From NCBI GenBank assembly GCA_041937175.2, contig CP166615.1, forward strand, positions 2,176,001-2,240,000: DNA of 64,000 nucleotides, read 5' to 3'. Below, one piece after another: positions 41,067 through 50,943 of the stretch. The stretch comes from Limnothrix sp. BL-A-16. Lineage in GTDB: Bacteria > Cyanobacteriota > Cyanobacteriia > CACIAM-69d. Made by a program: the position numbers and the translations under genes. Every line of letters starts with the position of its first letter. Positions within the stretch are counted from its first letter, which is position 1. The notes beneath the pieces are model-generated. The model was not told the origin of the DNA. It searched no databases and worked only from the letters and a program-made list of their open reading frames with translations.

Positions 41067-42290
41067 CTAGTCCGGTAACTGGTATTGCTCCACAATTTTT
41101 TGGGCATAGGCCGGCACATGCTCCGCTAGCTTTTCAGGATAGTGGCGCTTTACGTAGAGATAGTTGCGCGTGAAGTGGGAGTCGATCGAGAAGCGAGCAT
41201 ATTCCAGCCCCTTGGGCCCCACCCGCTCAATCACCAAACCCATCAACTTAGCCGCCCACATGGGAATCGTGACCCCCTTGTCATAGGCGGGAATGCTGTT
41301 TTGGACGGCGGCCCGGCGCTCCCCTTGGGACATCACCGGCTGGGTTTCGATTTGGTCGCGCACCATCTCCAACAGCTCGCGGCCCGTTTCATTACGCACC
41401 ACCAACCATTGCCAGCCAAAGGGCGCACCCATGTAGCCCACCACCAAGTCCGCAAGGGAGTTGACGTAATCAAAACAGGTCATGCAGGAGGGGGCAAACA
41501 CGTCCTTTAATTGGTCGGTTTTTAGGCCAAAGAAGGGAACCGTTTCCGTGGAACCGTCTTCGTGCTTGAAATGCACTCGGAAATCCTGCATGAACTCGTA
41601 ATAAACCACGGTGTCGGGCGATCGGCTGGTGGTGTCCAGGAATTTTTGCAGGCCGGCCCGGGTCACGTTGTCCACACAGGGCGTACCAAGTACATAGAGC
41701 TTTTCGAGGCCCAGTTTGTCTTGAACCGCTCGCAGGGCTTGGATTTGGCAGCCCACCCCAATCACCAACAACCGCTTCATGCCCGATTGTTCAATCTGTT
41801 CCAAAACGGAGAGGTTGGGCGAAAGGGTGGGTTTGTTTACCCGGGCGGCCAAGATTTCTTCGGGGGTGGTGGCAATCACCGGTTGGGGCTGGAAGCGATC
41901 TTCCGGAGTGTTTTGCACACAGACGACCCCTTCCACTTTGCCGCTGGTGAGCATGGCGATCGCGATCGAGCTAACGATGCCAGTCCATTGGGCCCCCTCG
42001 ATCGGCTCGGTTTTGCGCGCGGCCATCATTTCCTGATGCACGCCGAAGTAGATGTCATCTTCGACTTCCAGATCGCGGCTGCGGCCGTGGGCCTGGGTTT
42101 CCAGCTCGGCAATCTGTTGATTAATGAAGGCGCAGGCCTCTTTGACGTAATGCACATAGTAGGTGTCGCACAGACCGCATTCACTGCACAAATCCTTGGC
42201 GGGGCGACGGCTACCGGGCTTGAGGGCGCGGGCTTTTTTGTGGCCGAGGGGTGCTTGACCGGATTCGGAGGGTGATGAGGCGAGGGTCAT
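41067..42290 (-). CDS. bciB: Ferredoxin-dependent 8-vinyl (proto)chlorophyllide reductase (FrhB-like, CvrA/Slr1923 type)
   Basis: RPAKDLCSECGLCDTYY, GAQWTGIV, GVGCQ, GTPCVDN and SCMTCFDY Fe-S/FAD motifs. Confidence 0.9.
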   Translation of the reverse strand: MTLASSPSESGQAPLGHKKARALKPGSRRPAKDLCSECGLCDTYYVHYVKEACAFINQQIAELETQAHGRSRDLEVEDDIYFGVHQEMMAARKTEPIEGAQWTGIVSSIAIAMLTSGKVEGVVCVQNTPEDRFQPQPVIATTPEEILAARVNKPTLSPNLSVLEQIEQSGMKRLLVIGVGCQIQALRAVQDKLGLEKLYVLGTPCVDNVTRAGLQKFLDTTSRSPDTVVYYEFMQDFRVHFKHEDGSTETVPFFGLKTDQLKDVFAPSCMTCFDYVNSLADLVVGYMGAPFGWQWLVVRNETGRELLEMVRDQIETQPVMSQGERRAAVQNSIPAYDKGVTIPMWAAKLMGLVIERVGPKGLEYARFSIDSHFTRNYLYVKRHYPEKLAEHVPAYAQKIVEQYQLPD

Positions 42291-42470
42291 GGCAACAGGC
42301 GGGCGTTGAGCATTGACGTGCGGTTTTTATTGTTTCATGGGCGATCGCTCCTGGTAACGGGAAATCAACAACCCGCAATGTTCAGCAACGAAGCAGCAAG
42401 GGAGTCGTGATCCCATCGCTGATTCATCGCTAGTCCAAACACAATCCAGGCCAGGGCGATCACGGCGAGA

Positions 42471-44126
42471 TCACGGCGAGACCACGGCAGCATCGGGCAT
42501 CAGGGCCACGGCTTCCGCTCGGTGTTTTTTCAGGGTGGCTGCGGGCAAGGGCCCATGGAGATGTTCCCAGGGCAGCACTTCCCCTAAATCCCAGTTGCGA
42601 AACACATAATGATCCAGCGGGGGCACGCGATCGCGCAGTTCCTTGAAGGCGCGCCGGTAACTGCCCAGGGAGACCCGATCGGGGTTGTCCGTGTCGCCCG
42701 CCCCATAGGCCCGCACCAGTTCCAACAGGGGGGTTAACCGACGATCGCCCCGGGAAATTAGTGTCTGAATGATTGACCAGTTATAGCTTTCGGGCCGGAA
42801 GTCAATGCCATTGGAACGCAGGCGCTTTTGCAGCAATTTCAACCGCTTTTCCGCGTCCCGGTTCACCCCAAACCATTGAAAAGGGGTGTGGGCTTTGGGC
42901 ACGAAGGTGCTGCAACCGAGGGTTAATTTCAGACCCGGGGCAGCTTTTTTGAGCTGTAACATCATGGCCGCTGTGGCTTCGATGTCGTCGGGGGTTTCGC
43001 CGGGAATCCCGGCCATGCCGTAAAGCTTGAGGGCGCTGAGGCCGCCGGCTTTGGCGTTCACGGCGGCCTGTTCGATCGCTTCGGTGGCCAACTTTTTGTT
43101 GATGATTTGCCGCACCGTTTCCGAACCGCTTTCCACGGCCACGGTGATCGATTTGCAATCGCGGCTGGCCAAAACGCGGGCCAGCTTTTCCGTCACCGTG
43201 TTGGTGCGCACCGAAGCCACACTGAGCCGCACCTGTTCATAGGCGGTTCCAGCCAGGCGATCGAGCAGACTGTCAAATTCAGGATGTTGGGTCACGGAAG
43301 CGCCGAGCAGGCCGATCCGGTTGGTGGCTTGCAGTCCCCGATCGATGGCCGGCAGCAAGGAGCCTTCCAAGTCCGCCGTCCGAAAGGGCAAGGTGAGATA
43401 GCTGGCCAAGCAAAACCGGCATAGTTCTGGGCAACTACGCACCGTTTCCACCATGAAGATGTTTTCCCAGGCGGCGCGCGGAGTCACCACCGTGGACACC
43501 GAAAGGGCGTTGCCACGATAGGTTTGTTTGCTGACGGTGGCAGGGATCCGATCGCTCAAGGGGCGAATGGCGGCGATCGGTCCCGTGGGGTCGTGATACT
43601 CCACGGCGTACAGTTGCGGCACATACAGACCCGGCACTTGGGCCAGGGCTTCCAATCGATCGGCCCGGGGGCGATCGCGCTGTTCCAGCAGCTTATTCAC
43701 CAGGGCATCAATCAAAATTTCCCCATCACCCAACAGCACCACGTCAAAATAGGCGGCGAAGGGTTCCGGATTCGCCGTCAGCACCGGCCCGCCCCCAAAC
43801 ACGATCGGGTGCTCATCGGTGCGATCGACCGCATGGAGCGGCAAATCCAAATCCTCCAGCAACGCCATCACGTTGACGTAATCCAGTTCCCAGGACATGG
43901 AAAACCCCACCAAGGCGGGCGATCGGGGCAATGGCTCCCGCGCATCCGTAAACAACCGTGCCACGGCCAACTCCGGCCGTGCCGCCAACATGGCCCACAC
44001 CACCTGATAGCCCAGGCTGGTGATGCCCACGGAATAGGTGTTCGGAAAGGCAAACACCGTGGGCAGGGACTGGGGCAACGGTTCAGCGGGTTCAAACAGC
44101 AGGGTTTCGTCAGCAAAAGGAGCCAT
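42471..44126 (-). CDS. B12-binding-domain radical SAM protein
   Basis: CPELCRFC (CxxxCxxC); N-terminal FPNTYSVGITSLG and GGPVLTANPEP. Confidence 0.88.
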   Translation of the reverse strand: MAPFADETLLFEPAEPLPQSLPTVFAFPNTYSVGITSLGYQVVWAMLAARPELAVARLFTDAREPLPRSPALVGFSMSWELDYVNVMALLEDLDLPLHAVDRTDEHPIVFGGGPVLTANPEPFAAYFDVVLLGDGEILIDALVNKLLEQRDRPRADRLEALAQVPGLYVPQLYAVEYHDPTGPIAAIRPLSDRIPATVSKQTYRGNALSVSTVVTPRAAWENIFMVETVRSCPELCRFCLASYLTLPFRTADLEGSLLPAIDRGLQATNRIGLLGASVTQHPEFDSLLDRLAGTAYEQVRLSVASVRTNTVTEKLARVLASRDCKSITVAVESGSETVRQIINKKLATEAIEQAAVNAKAGGLSALKLYGMAGIPGETPDDIEATAAMMLQLKKAAPGLKLTLGCSTFVPKAHTPFQWFGVNRDAEKRLKLLQKRLRSNGIDFRPESYNWSIIQTLISRGDRRLTPLLELVRAYGAGDTDNPDRVSLGSYRRAFKELRDRVPPLDHYVFRNWDLGEVLPWEHLHGPLPAATLKKHRAEAVALMPDAAVVSP

Positions 44127-44206
44127 GCAAAAACTGGAAAAACCAGAGAAAAACCAGAAAACAACCGGAAAATAACCAGAAACTAGCGGCGTTAAGGAAC
44201 GGCTAT

Positions 44207-44347
44207 CAGCATGACAGGCTTAATAGATTGGGTCAAAGTTGCGGAGCCAGTCATGGTAACAAGGGGCCTGAGCATCTTGCTGCTTAAGGATTAGGTAGAC
44301 AGTAACAGCCATGTAATTTAATCCAGCAAATTAAGGCAGCCACGTTA
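44207..44347 (-). mobile_element. MITE family B, copy 2 (inverted)
   Basis: Reverse complement aligns along its length with 30239-30378; core variant CAAGGGGCCTGAGCATCTTG at 44260. Confidence 0.75.
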
Positions 44348-44361
44348 CTAGGAGCAGCTTA

Positions 44362-44492
44362 GAGGATGTCTGAAAAGTGTCTTTTGGCACGGGCAATGCA
44401 CCAATAGTCGTGGGGGCAAGGGGCTTGAGCATCTTGTCTTCGTCGATCGATGAGGCGTGCAGAGTATCGATTTTGGCTTTTCAGACATCCTC
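44362..44492 (+). mobile_element. MITE family A, copy 4 (131 bp)
   Basis: GAGGATGTCTGAAAAG...CTTTTCAGACATCCTC perfect 16-bp TIR, TTA/TTA flanks; core CAAGGGGCTTGAGCATCTTG at 44417. Confidence 0.85.
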
Positions 44493-45461
44493 TTAGGATC
44501 GCACCGAAGTTTCCGCCGAGGCGAAGCGTTCCTTAAACAACTTGATGTAAAGGTGCTTGAAGGTGGAACGAATCACCCGAGGCAACCCAAAATCGATCGG
44601 CATCAGGAAACTGGATAAGCGCCAGTCCTCGATCGCCAGATCCGCCGGCCGCTGCAAGGGATAGGTCACCTGTTCCGGGGCCGGACAAACGCCCAAGGCT
44701 TCCGCCGCCGCCAAGGTGGGCACAGTTGCCGAATCCACCTGCAAAATGTCCGCCAAAGCCCGATCGAGGGCAAATACATTAGCCGATGCGCCCAACACCC
44801 CCAACAGGCGCGGTTCGCCGTTGCTGGGGCCGTCGCCCTCGTGGCCAATGATTCCATCCACGATCGTCAAGTCGGGGTCGATCGTCCGTGCCGTTTCCAC
44901 CAACATGCGCCCAAACCGAGCCACGTCTTTCCCCGCGTCCAAATGCCACCAGGCCTTCAGCTTGCCCGGCACGCAGCCGAACAAATTCTTCACCCCCAGC
45001 GTAATCGTCAATTGGCAGTGAGACTTCACCTTGGGCAAATTAATCACCACATCTGCCTCCATCGCTTCCTTGCTCAGGCGCAGGTGACCAAATTCGCCGC
45101 TGAGGCTGTCGTAGCGCTGGCCCCGAAATTCCACGATCGGGATATTCAAACCTTGGGCGATCGGGGCCAGGCCGTTAGCCTTGGCCACGCCGGCCGCGCT
45201 GCCAAAGGCGGGACTGTCGCCCAAAAAGGGTTTTCCACCGGCCGCCAACACCAACTCCGCCACCACCTGCACCAGCTCGGGGCGAGTCGTGCATTCTTTG
45301 GCGGGTCGCGATCCGGTCAGGAGGTTGGGTTTCAACAGCACCCGATCGCCCGGCTGCACAAAGGCCGCCATCCCGCCCAAGGGTTCCAACAGGGCCACGA
45401 CTTTTTCGCGCAACAGATCCAAATCATAGCTAGTGGCACTGAGCAAGCTAACGGGAACCAT
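44493..45461 (-). CDS. DUF362 domain protein
   Basis: VLLKPNLL, INLPKVKSH, VKNLFGCVPG and DGIIGHEGDGP motifs. Confidence 0.85.
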   Translation of the reverse strand: MVPVSLLSATSYDLDLLREKVVALLEPLGGMAAFVQPGDRVLLKPNLLTGSRPAKECTTRPELVQVVAELVLAAGGKPFLGDSPAFGSAAGVAKANGLAPIAQGLNIPIVEFRGQRYDSLSGEFGHLRLSKEAMEADVVINLPKVKSHCQLTITLGVKNLFGCVPGKLKAWWHLDAGKDVARFGRMLVETARTIDPDLTIVDGIIGHEGDGPSNGEPRLLGVLGASANVFALDRALADILQVDSATVPTLAAAEALGVCPAPEQVTYPLQRPADLAIEDWRLSSFLMPIDFGLPRVIRSTFKHLYIKLFKERFASAETSVRS

Positions 45462-45558
45462 CGGCGTGTCTCCTGGTGTTTTGGGGGGCAATGGTTGAAA
45501 TGATGGATCGAAATCAGGGATCGAAAAAGATGGATCGAAACTAGGGATCGAAATGCGA

Positions 45559-46635
45559 TTAGAAAACAATCGAGGGCGGAGCAATCGACTGATTTAAATC
45601 ATAGGTTGATTGATTTGAATCCTGGGTTGGTTGGCTGAAATGATGGGCCTTGGGTAAAGATTGCCCCGGAAAACGTTCTAGGATGGCTGACCAAGCCGCC
45701 ACCACGTCATTAGTTTGATTAGCCAAAGAATAGGTGTTGCGAATATAGGCCGATGCTTGTTTGACTTTGGCGATCGTGGACTCAGGATGGTTTACCCAAT
45801 CGTCGATCGCCTGTTCCACTGCCTCTACAAATCCTAAAATATCGCCCCGCTCGATCGGGTAAGAAAACTCCGGTTTGAAAAATTCCCGCCCACCGCGACC
45901 GTGGTAACCCACCGTCAGACAGCCCGCCGCCATCGCTTCCGCCGCCGGTAAGCCAAATCCCTCTGGATCACCAAAACTCATAAAAATTGCCGAATTGCGC
46001 ATCATTTCGGCTAATTTCGCCTGGGGCAAATCCAACACTCGCACCAATTGAAATCCCTGGAGTCGATCGCGGTGGCGCAAGATTTGGCAAACCTGCTGAA
46101 CATCCATGAAATTTTTACGCGCTAGGAAGCAAATTTGATTGCTCTTTCGCTCAGGAAAATAAAACAACTCCGGATCAACGCTACACCGAACCCGGTGAAC
46201 CTTAACTTGCGGAAAAGCCGTATGAATATAGTTTTTGCTGTCTTCAGAAACAACAATCACGCCTAATAAATTCGGATCAGCATAGGGCAAATATTCTTCT
46301 TCAAAATTCACTGAGAATTTATCAAATGTGTAATAGACATTTTGATTAAAAATCACAAAGGGAATATCTTTGGGCAGCTTGGCATATTCCGCCTGTTCAT
46401 AGACCTCGGGCACAACCACAATGCTGCGATCGGGGTTAATGGTCAGAATTCCACCGAGGATACGTGTTTCGTTGGGAAACCACTGGCAACGAAATTCCGC
46501 TTCCCTATGCAAAACCGCTGCGGAAAATCCCGCCTGATTCAACAGATCCACCTGGCGATAGATCATCTGTACGCCGCCGGTCGGTTTTGTGAATTGTCGG
46601 CAGGGAAAGTAAATCTCGATCGCCTTTGGATCCAC
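45559..46635 (-). CDS. GT-B (GT4-like) glycosyltransferase
   Basis: TGGVQMIY and EGFGLPAAEAMAAGC motifs; GTG start. Confidence 0.85.
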   Translation of the reverse strand: MDPKAIEIYFPCRQFTKPTGGVQMIYRQVDLLNQAGFSAAVLHREAEFRCQWFPNETRILGGILTINPDRSIVVVPEVYEQAEYAKLPKDIPFVIFNQNVYYTFDKFSVNFEEEYLPYADPNLLGVIVVSEDSKNYIHTAFPQVKVHRVRCSVDPELFYFPERKSNQICFLARKNFMDVQQVCQILRHRDRLQGFQLVRVLDLPQAKLAEMMRNSAIFMSFGDPEGFGLPAAEAMAAGCLTVGYHGRGGREFFKPEFSYPIERGDILGFVEAVEQAIDDWVNHPESTIAKVKQASAYIRNTYSLANQTNDVVAAWSAILERFPGQSLPKAHHFSQPTQDSNQSTYDLNQSIAPPSIVF

Positions 46636-46848
46636 AGTTAATCTACCTAATTTCAGAAACTAGCAGTATGACTCAAGACCTATATTGATCCACTTCGGTG
46701 ATCAACAGAATTTGCCAACCAAGACCGAGGAAAATCAGCCTTGATAATCATCCAAACGGCTCGATCGCACCATCAGCAACTTCGCTCAGAACTGGGCTGC
46801 AAACTGCGCCCCCCAAAGCTCATTTTGGGCGATCGAGCCGCTTAAAAC

Positions 46849-48261
46849 CTAAGTCGTTGGATTCGGCATTTGGCTCATGGTTTCCAAATCCAAAACTTCC
46901 GCCAACTTAGCCTCATCCATTAACCCTTTTTCCAAGACCAATTGGCGCAGAGACTTGCCCGTTTCTAGGGATTCTTTGGCGATCGCAGCGGCATTCAAAT
47001 AGCCAATGTGCGTATTCAGCGCCGTCACCAGGGCCAAGCTCCCTTCGGCATAATGCAAACAGCGATCGGGATTGGCTTCAATGCCCATCAAACAGCGATC
47101 ACTTAAAGCAGCGATCGTGTTGCCCAAAATCTCAATGCTTTGAATCAAATTGTAGGCAATCAACGGCATCATCACATTCAATTCCAGTTGTCCTGCCTGG
47201 GCTGCCAGGGCGATCGCCTGGTCATAGCCCATCACTTGGAAACAAACCATGGAAGTCATCTCCGCCATCACCGGATTATATTTACCCGGCATGATTGAAG
47301 ATCCTGGCTGCACGGGCGGCAATTGAATTTCCTTAAATCCAGTTTTGGGCCCCGAATCCATCAAGCGCAAATCATGGGAAATCTTGGCCAAATCCTGAGC
47401 CAAATTCCGAATCGAACCGGACACATTCACAAAAGGAGCCATACTCTGCATAGCCGCCATCAAATGGGGAGCCGATCGCAACGGTTGCCCAATCAATTCT
47501 GAGAGTAATTCAGCCACCCGGAAGCGATATTGCGGATGGGTATTCATCCCCGTGCCCGCAGCGCTGCCGCCCAATCCCAAGACGCGCAAATCTTCCGCCG
47601 CCGTGGCAATTCGCCGCTCGTGATCTTGCAAAATATAAGCCCAGGCTCGGAAGCTTTCGCCCAACCGCACGGGTACTGCGTCCTGCAAATGGGTGCGGCC
47701 AGATTTGACAATTTCTTGGAAAGCGATCGCCTTGGCTTCCATGGCGGCGATCGCCTTTTTGAGGGCTGGAAACAGAGTGCGATCGAGCGCCAACAACCCT
47801 CCAATCCGAATGGCCGTCGGAATTACATCATTGGTGGATTGACCATAATTCACGTGATCATTAGGACTCACGCGGCCATAGTTTCCCTTGCGATCGCCCA
47901 ACAGCTCCAAAGCCCGATTGGCCAACACTTCATTCACATTCATGTGATGGGAAGTGCCGGCCCCCGCTTGGTAAACATCCACTACAAATTGATCGCGCAA
48001 TTGACCTTGCAAAATTTCATCGGCTGCCTGCACGATCGATTGGCCTAATTCTTCCGAAATACAGCCCAATTCTGCATTAGCGATCGCGGTGGCTTTTTTG
48101 ATCAGCAAACAGGCATCGACATAGGTAGGCAGCGGTTTAAGGCCACTAATCGGGAAATTCTCGATCGCCCGGCAAGTCTGAATCCCGTAATAGACCGTAT
48201 CGGGGATTTGTCGTTCCCCCATCGAATCCTTCTCAATTCGGAAGTTGTCAGCGGTGCTCAT
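46849..48261 (-). CDS. aspA: Aspartate ammonia-lyase / class II fumarase family enzyme
   Basis: RIEKDSMGE, QSTNDVIPTA, GRTHLQDA and GSSIMPGKYNP motifs; substrate (aspartate vs fumarate) cannot be settled from sequence alone. Confidence 0.8.
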   Translation of the reverse strand: MSTADNFRIEKDSMGERQIPDTVYYGIQTCRAIENFPISGLKPLPTYVDACLLIKKATAIANAELGCISEELGQSIVQAADEILQGQLRDQFVVDVYQAGAGTSHHMNVNEVLANRALELLGDRKGNYGRVSPNDHVNYGQSTNDVIPTAIRIGGLLALDRTLFPALKKAIAAMEAKAIAFQEIVKSGRTHLQDAVPVRLGESFRAWAYILQDHERRIATAAEDLRVLGLGGSAAGTGMNTHPQYRFRVAELLSELIGQPLRSAPHLMAAMQSMAPFVNVSGSIRNLAQDLAKISHDLRLMDSGPKTGFKEIQLPPVQPGSSIMPGKYNPVMAEMTSMVCFQVMGYDQAIALAAQAGQLELNVMMPLIAYNLIQSIEILGNTIAALSDRCLMGIEANPDRCLHYAEGSLALVTALNTHIGYLNAAAIAKESLETGKSLRQLVLEKGLMDEAKLAEVLDLETMSQMPNPTT

Positions 48262-48390
48262 GGTTTTGGGTTTTGGGTTGTCGATTGTCAATTTTACTGA
48301 GATTGATTGCTTGAGTTGATGACTTTTCTGAATCATTTTTTGGGCGATCGCCCTTGATGATTCTCTGTGGCTACTCCCTTGGATCACCGA

Positions 48391-48522
48391 GAGGATACCT
48401 GATCAATCAAAATTGCTATCTTTTAGGTCTTCTTGATCGACGAAGCCAAGGGGCTTAAGCTCCTTGTCCCCCCTCGCGCTGATTGATTGGTAAGCACTTC
48501 AAGCTACTTTTTAGGCATTTTT
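48391..48522 (-). mobile_element. MITE family A, degenerate inverted copy 5
   Basis: gaggatacctga...caaaattgcta...tgatcgac...caaggggcttaagctccttg...ttggt...actttttaggcat aligns with the reverse complement of family A; ends approximate. Confidence 0.65.
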
Positions 48523-48526
48523 TAGA

Positions 48527-48655
48527 TCATTTGGGTTTTTTATTTTGCTCATCATTCATTGCCTTCATTCCACTGGCCAACATCCAAAGTCCACCCAAAA
48601 CAATTCCACCGGCCAAAGCACCCAACAGCCAATCTAAATTCATGCCACTTTCCAT
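48527..48655 (-). CDS. Small single-pass membrane protein, 42 aa (below the ORF-track cutoff)
   Basis: Hand translation MESGMNLDWLLGALAGGIVLGGLWMLASGMKAMNDEQNKKPK*; co-oriented 56 bp after the DUF3611 gene. Confidence 0.6.
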   Translation of the reverse strand: MESGMNLDWLLGALAGGIVLGGLWMLASGMKAMNDEQNKKPK

Positions 48656-48711
48656 AAAAATCTGCTCAACAAAATTAGTGATCCTGTCCGTCTACTCAAT
48701 GCATCAATTCT

Positions 48712-49311
48712 TTAATTGGAAGGGCGCTCAATTCGGTCATAGAGCCACAGGGAAATCACCATGCCCATAAAGTTGGCAGAAATTCCCGCCAAATTGGCTA
48801 CCACCACAAACACATCCAACGGCCGCACAATTTTGGTGGGATCGGTAATGGCCACCCCGGCCGGTTGAGAGACCGCTTTCGAGACCAAAACATAGACCGC
48901 AACACCGGAGCCAATTAGGGTTAAAACCACCCCAATCATGCCCGCATAAACCCCCATTCTCAACAATTGAATGGTTTCCGTTTTGCGGGGTTGAGGTTCG
49001 CTGGTTTTATGAATTAATCCCTTAGCAATTCGGGTATATCGAAAGGATAAAACCGTGTTGAAGGCCGCCACAACTACGCCACAGGTGGCCCAAAAAATGC
49101 CAATGCTGACCCCTTGGGCAGCCCCTTGGCCGGCCAGACCCGGCACGGCAATCAGCAACAACAAAATGGCGGCTAAACCGAGGGCTAATTGCACCCAGAA
49201 CCCAATCCAACCACCCAGTTGCAAGGTGGCGGCAATGCGCTGGATGGACGGCCGCGGCCCCCTTGACGGTGGCGGTGGGGGCGTGGGGTTGGAATCGGGA
49301 CGGCTCAACAT
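48712..49311 (-). CDS. DUF3611 family membrane protein (Tic21-like)
   Basis: GWIGFWVQLAL, VSKAVSQPAG and VRPLDVFVVVAN motifs. Confidence 0.8.
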   Translation of the reverse strand: MLSRPDSNPTPPPPPSRGPRPSIQRIAATLQLGGWIGFWVQLALGLAAILLLLIAVPGLAGQGAAQGVSIGIFWATCGVVVAAFNTVLSFRYTRIAKGLIHKTSEPQPRKTETIQLLRMGVYAGMIGVVLTLIGSGVAVYVLVSKAVSQPAGVAITDPTKIVRPLDVFVVVANLAGISANFMGMVISLWLYDRIERPSN

Positions 49312-49713
49312 GGCAGCAAGGGCAGAGTTATGAAGATGCGGCGTTTGGAACAGCGAGCGTTAACAAGGCGGGCAATGACCCAAAACCGCAAGGCTCAGCA
49401 TTGAGGTCACGGGTTGGGCTTGCCCCTCAAGCGTGGCATATTGCCGAGCCTCTCGCGCCGTTGAAGATTCATCGCAGCGGTCTGAATTCAGCGATCGATT
49501 CCCCCTTTTTTGACAGATATCGGGTGTGAGAACAGGAACGATCGCCCCTGGCGCACACCATCCTAATATTGGGAGGAATTGGCTCAACGCCACAGCAGCC
49601 CCTACAGTAACCCACCCGCAGCCATTCAAAATAACAGCCATCCACCGCAACGGGCCATTCCAAAATCAATGAGTTTCAAAGAAATGAGTTTCAAAGAAAT
49701 GGGTTTAGAAACC

Positions 49714-50886
49714 GTGAAAGCAATTACTCTTCTGGGTTCCACCGGCTCGATTGGCACCCAAACCCTGGATATTGTGTCGCAATATCCCGATCGATTCCGG
49801 GTGGTGGGTCTGGCGGCGGGCAGCAATGTGACCCTGTTGGCGGAACAGGTGCGACAGTTTCGGCCCGAAATTGTGGCGTTGCGGGATGGGAGCAAGCTGG
49901 CGGAACTGCAAGGGGCGATCGCAGACTTGGATCCCCAACCCCAGTTGGTGACCGGGGAAGCGGGCATCGTGGAGGTGGCAGGCTACGGGGATTCGGAGGT
50001 GGTGGTCACGGGGATTGTGGGCTGTGCCGGGTTGTTGCCCACGATCGCGGCGATCGAAGCGGGGAAAGATATCGCCTTGGCGAATAAGGAAACCCTGATC
50101 GCGGGTGGCCCGGTGGTATTGCCCCTGGTGCAAAAGCACGGGGTGAAATTGTTGCCGGCCGATTCCGAGCATTCCGCCATTTTCCAATGCCTGCAAGGCG
50201 TGCCTCAGGGGGGCCTTCGTCGCATTTTGCTGACGGCTTCGGGTGGGGCCTTCCGGGATTGGCCGGTGGAACGGCTGGCTCAAGTGACGGTGGCCGATGC
50301 GCTGAAGCATCCCAACTGGTCGATGGGCCGCAAGATCACGGTGGATTCAGCCACCTTGATGAACAAGGGTTTGGAGGTGATTGAGGCTCACTTCCTGTTT
50401 GGGATGGACTATGACGGCATTGATATCGTGATTCATCCCCAAAGCATTATTCACTCACTGATTGAGCTGCAAGATACATCGGTGCTGGCTCAGTTGGGTT
50501 GGCCGGATATGCGGCTGCCGTTGCTCTATGCCTTGTCCTACCCGGAGCGGATTTATACAAATTGGGAAACGCTGGATTTGGTGAAGGCGGGCGATTTAAC
50601 GTTCCGTGCGCCCGATCGCGCGAAATATCCCTGCATGGACTTGGCCTATGCGGCGGGTCGGGCCGGGGGATCGATGCCAGCGGTGTTGAATGCGGCCAAT
50701 GAGCAAGCGGTGGCCCTGTTCCTGGAGGAAAAGGTGCATTTCCTGGATATTCCGAAGCTGATTGAAAAGGCCTGCGATCGCCACCGGGCGGACAATCGAA
50801 CCCAACCGACCTTGGAAGACATCCTAGAGGCCGATCGCTGGGCACGCCAAACGGTGTTGGATTTGCAAACGGCGGCGATCGCCTAA
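49714..50886 (+). CDS. dxr: 1-deoxy-D-xylulose-5-phosphate reductoisomerase
   Basis: [32 protein letters not shown] and NKGLE motifs; GTG start at 49714 preferred. Confidence 0.97.
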   Translation: MKAITLLGSTGSIGTQTLDIVSQYPDRFRVVGLAAGSNVTLLAEQVRQFRPEIVALRDGSKLAELQGAIADLDPQPQLVTGEAGIVEVAGYGDSEVVVTGIVGCAGLLPTIAAIEAGKDIALANKETLIAGGPVVLPLVQKHGVKLLPADSEHSAIFQCLQGVPQGGLRRILLTASGGAFRDWPVERLAQVTVADALKHPNWSMGRKITVDSATLMNKGLEVIEAHFLFGMDYDGIDIVIHPQSIIHSLIELQDTSVLAQLGWPDMRLPLLYALSYPERIYTNWETLDLVKAGDLTFRAPDRAKYPCMDLAYAAGRAGGSMPAVLNAANEQAVALFLEEKVHFLDIPKLIEKACDRHRADNRTQPTLEDILEADRWARQTVLDLQTAAIA

Positions 50887-50943
50887 TCAGCGCCTAATTA
50901 ATCATCACCGAGCAGCCGGATCGCCGCTCGAAAGACCCTGGCC

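Noticed and set aside
49579..49713. N-terminal extension of Dxr ([11 protein letters not shown])
   Set aside because: Produced by a 15-bp tandem duplication; homology starts at GTG 49714, although use of an upstream ATG cannot be excluded
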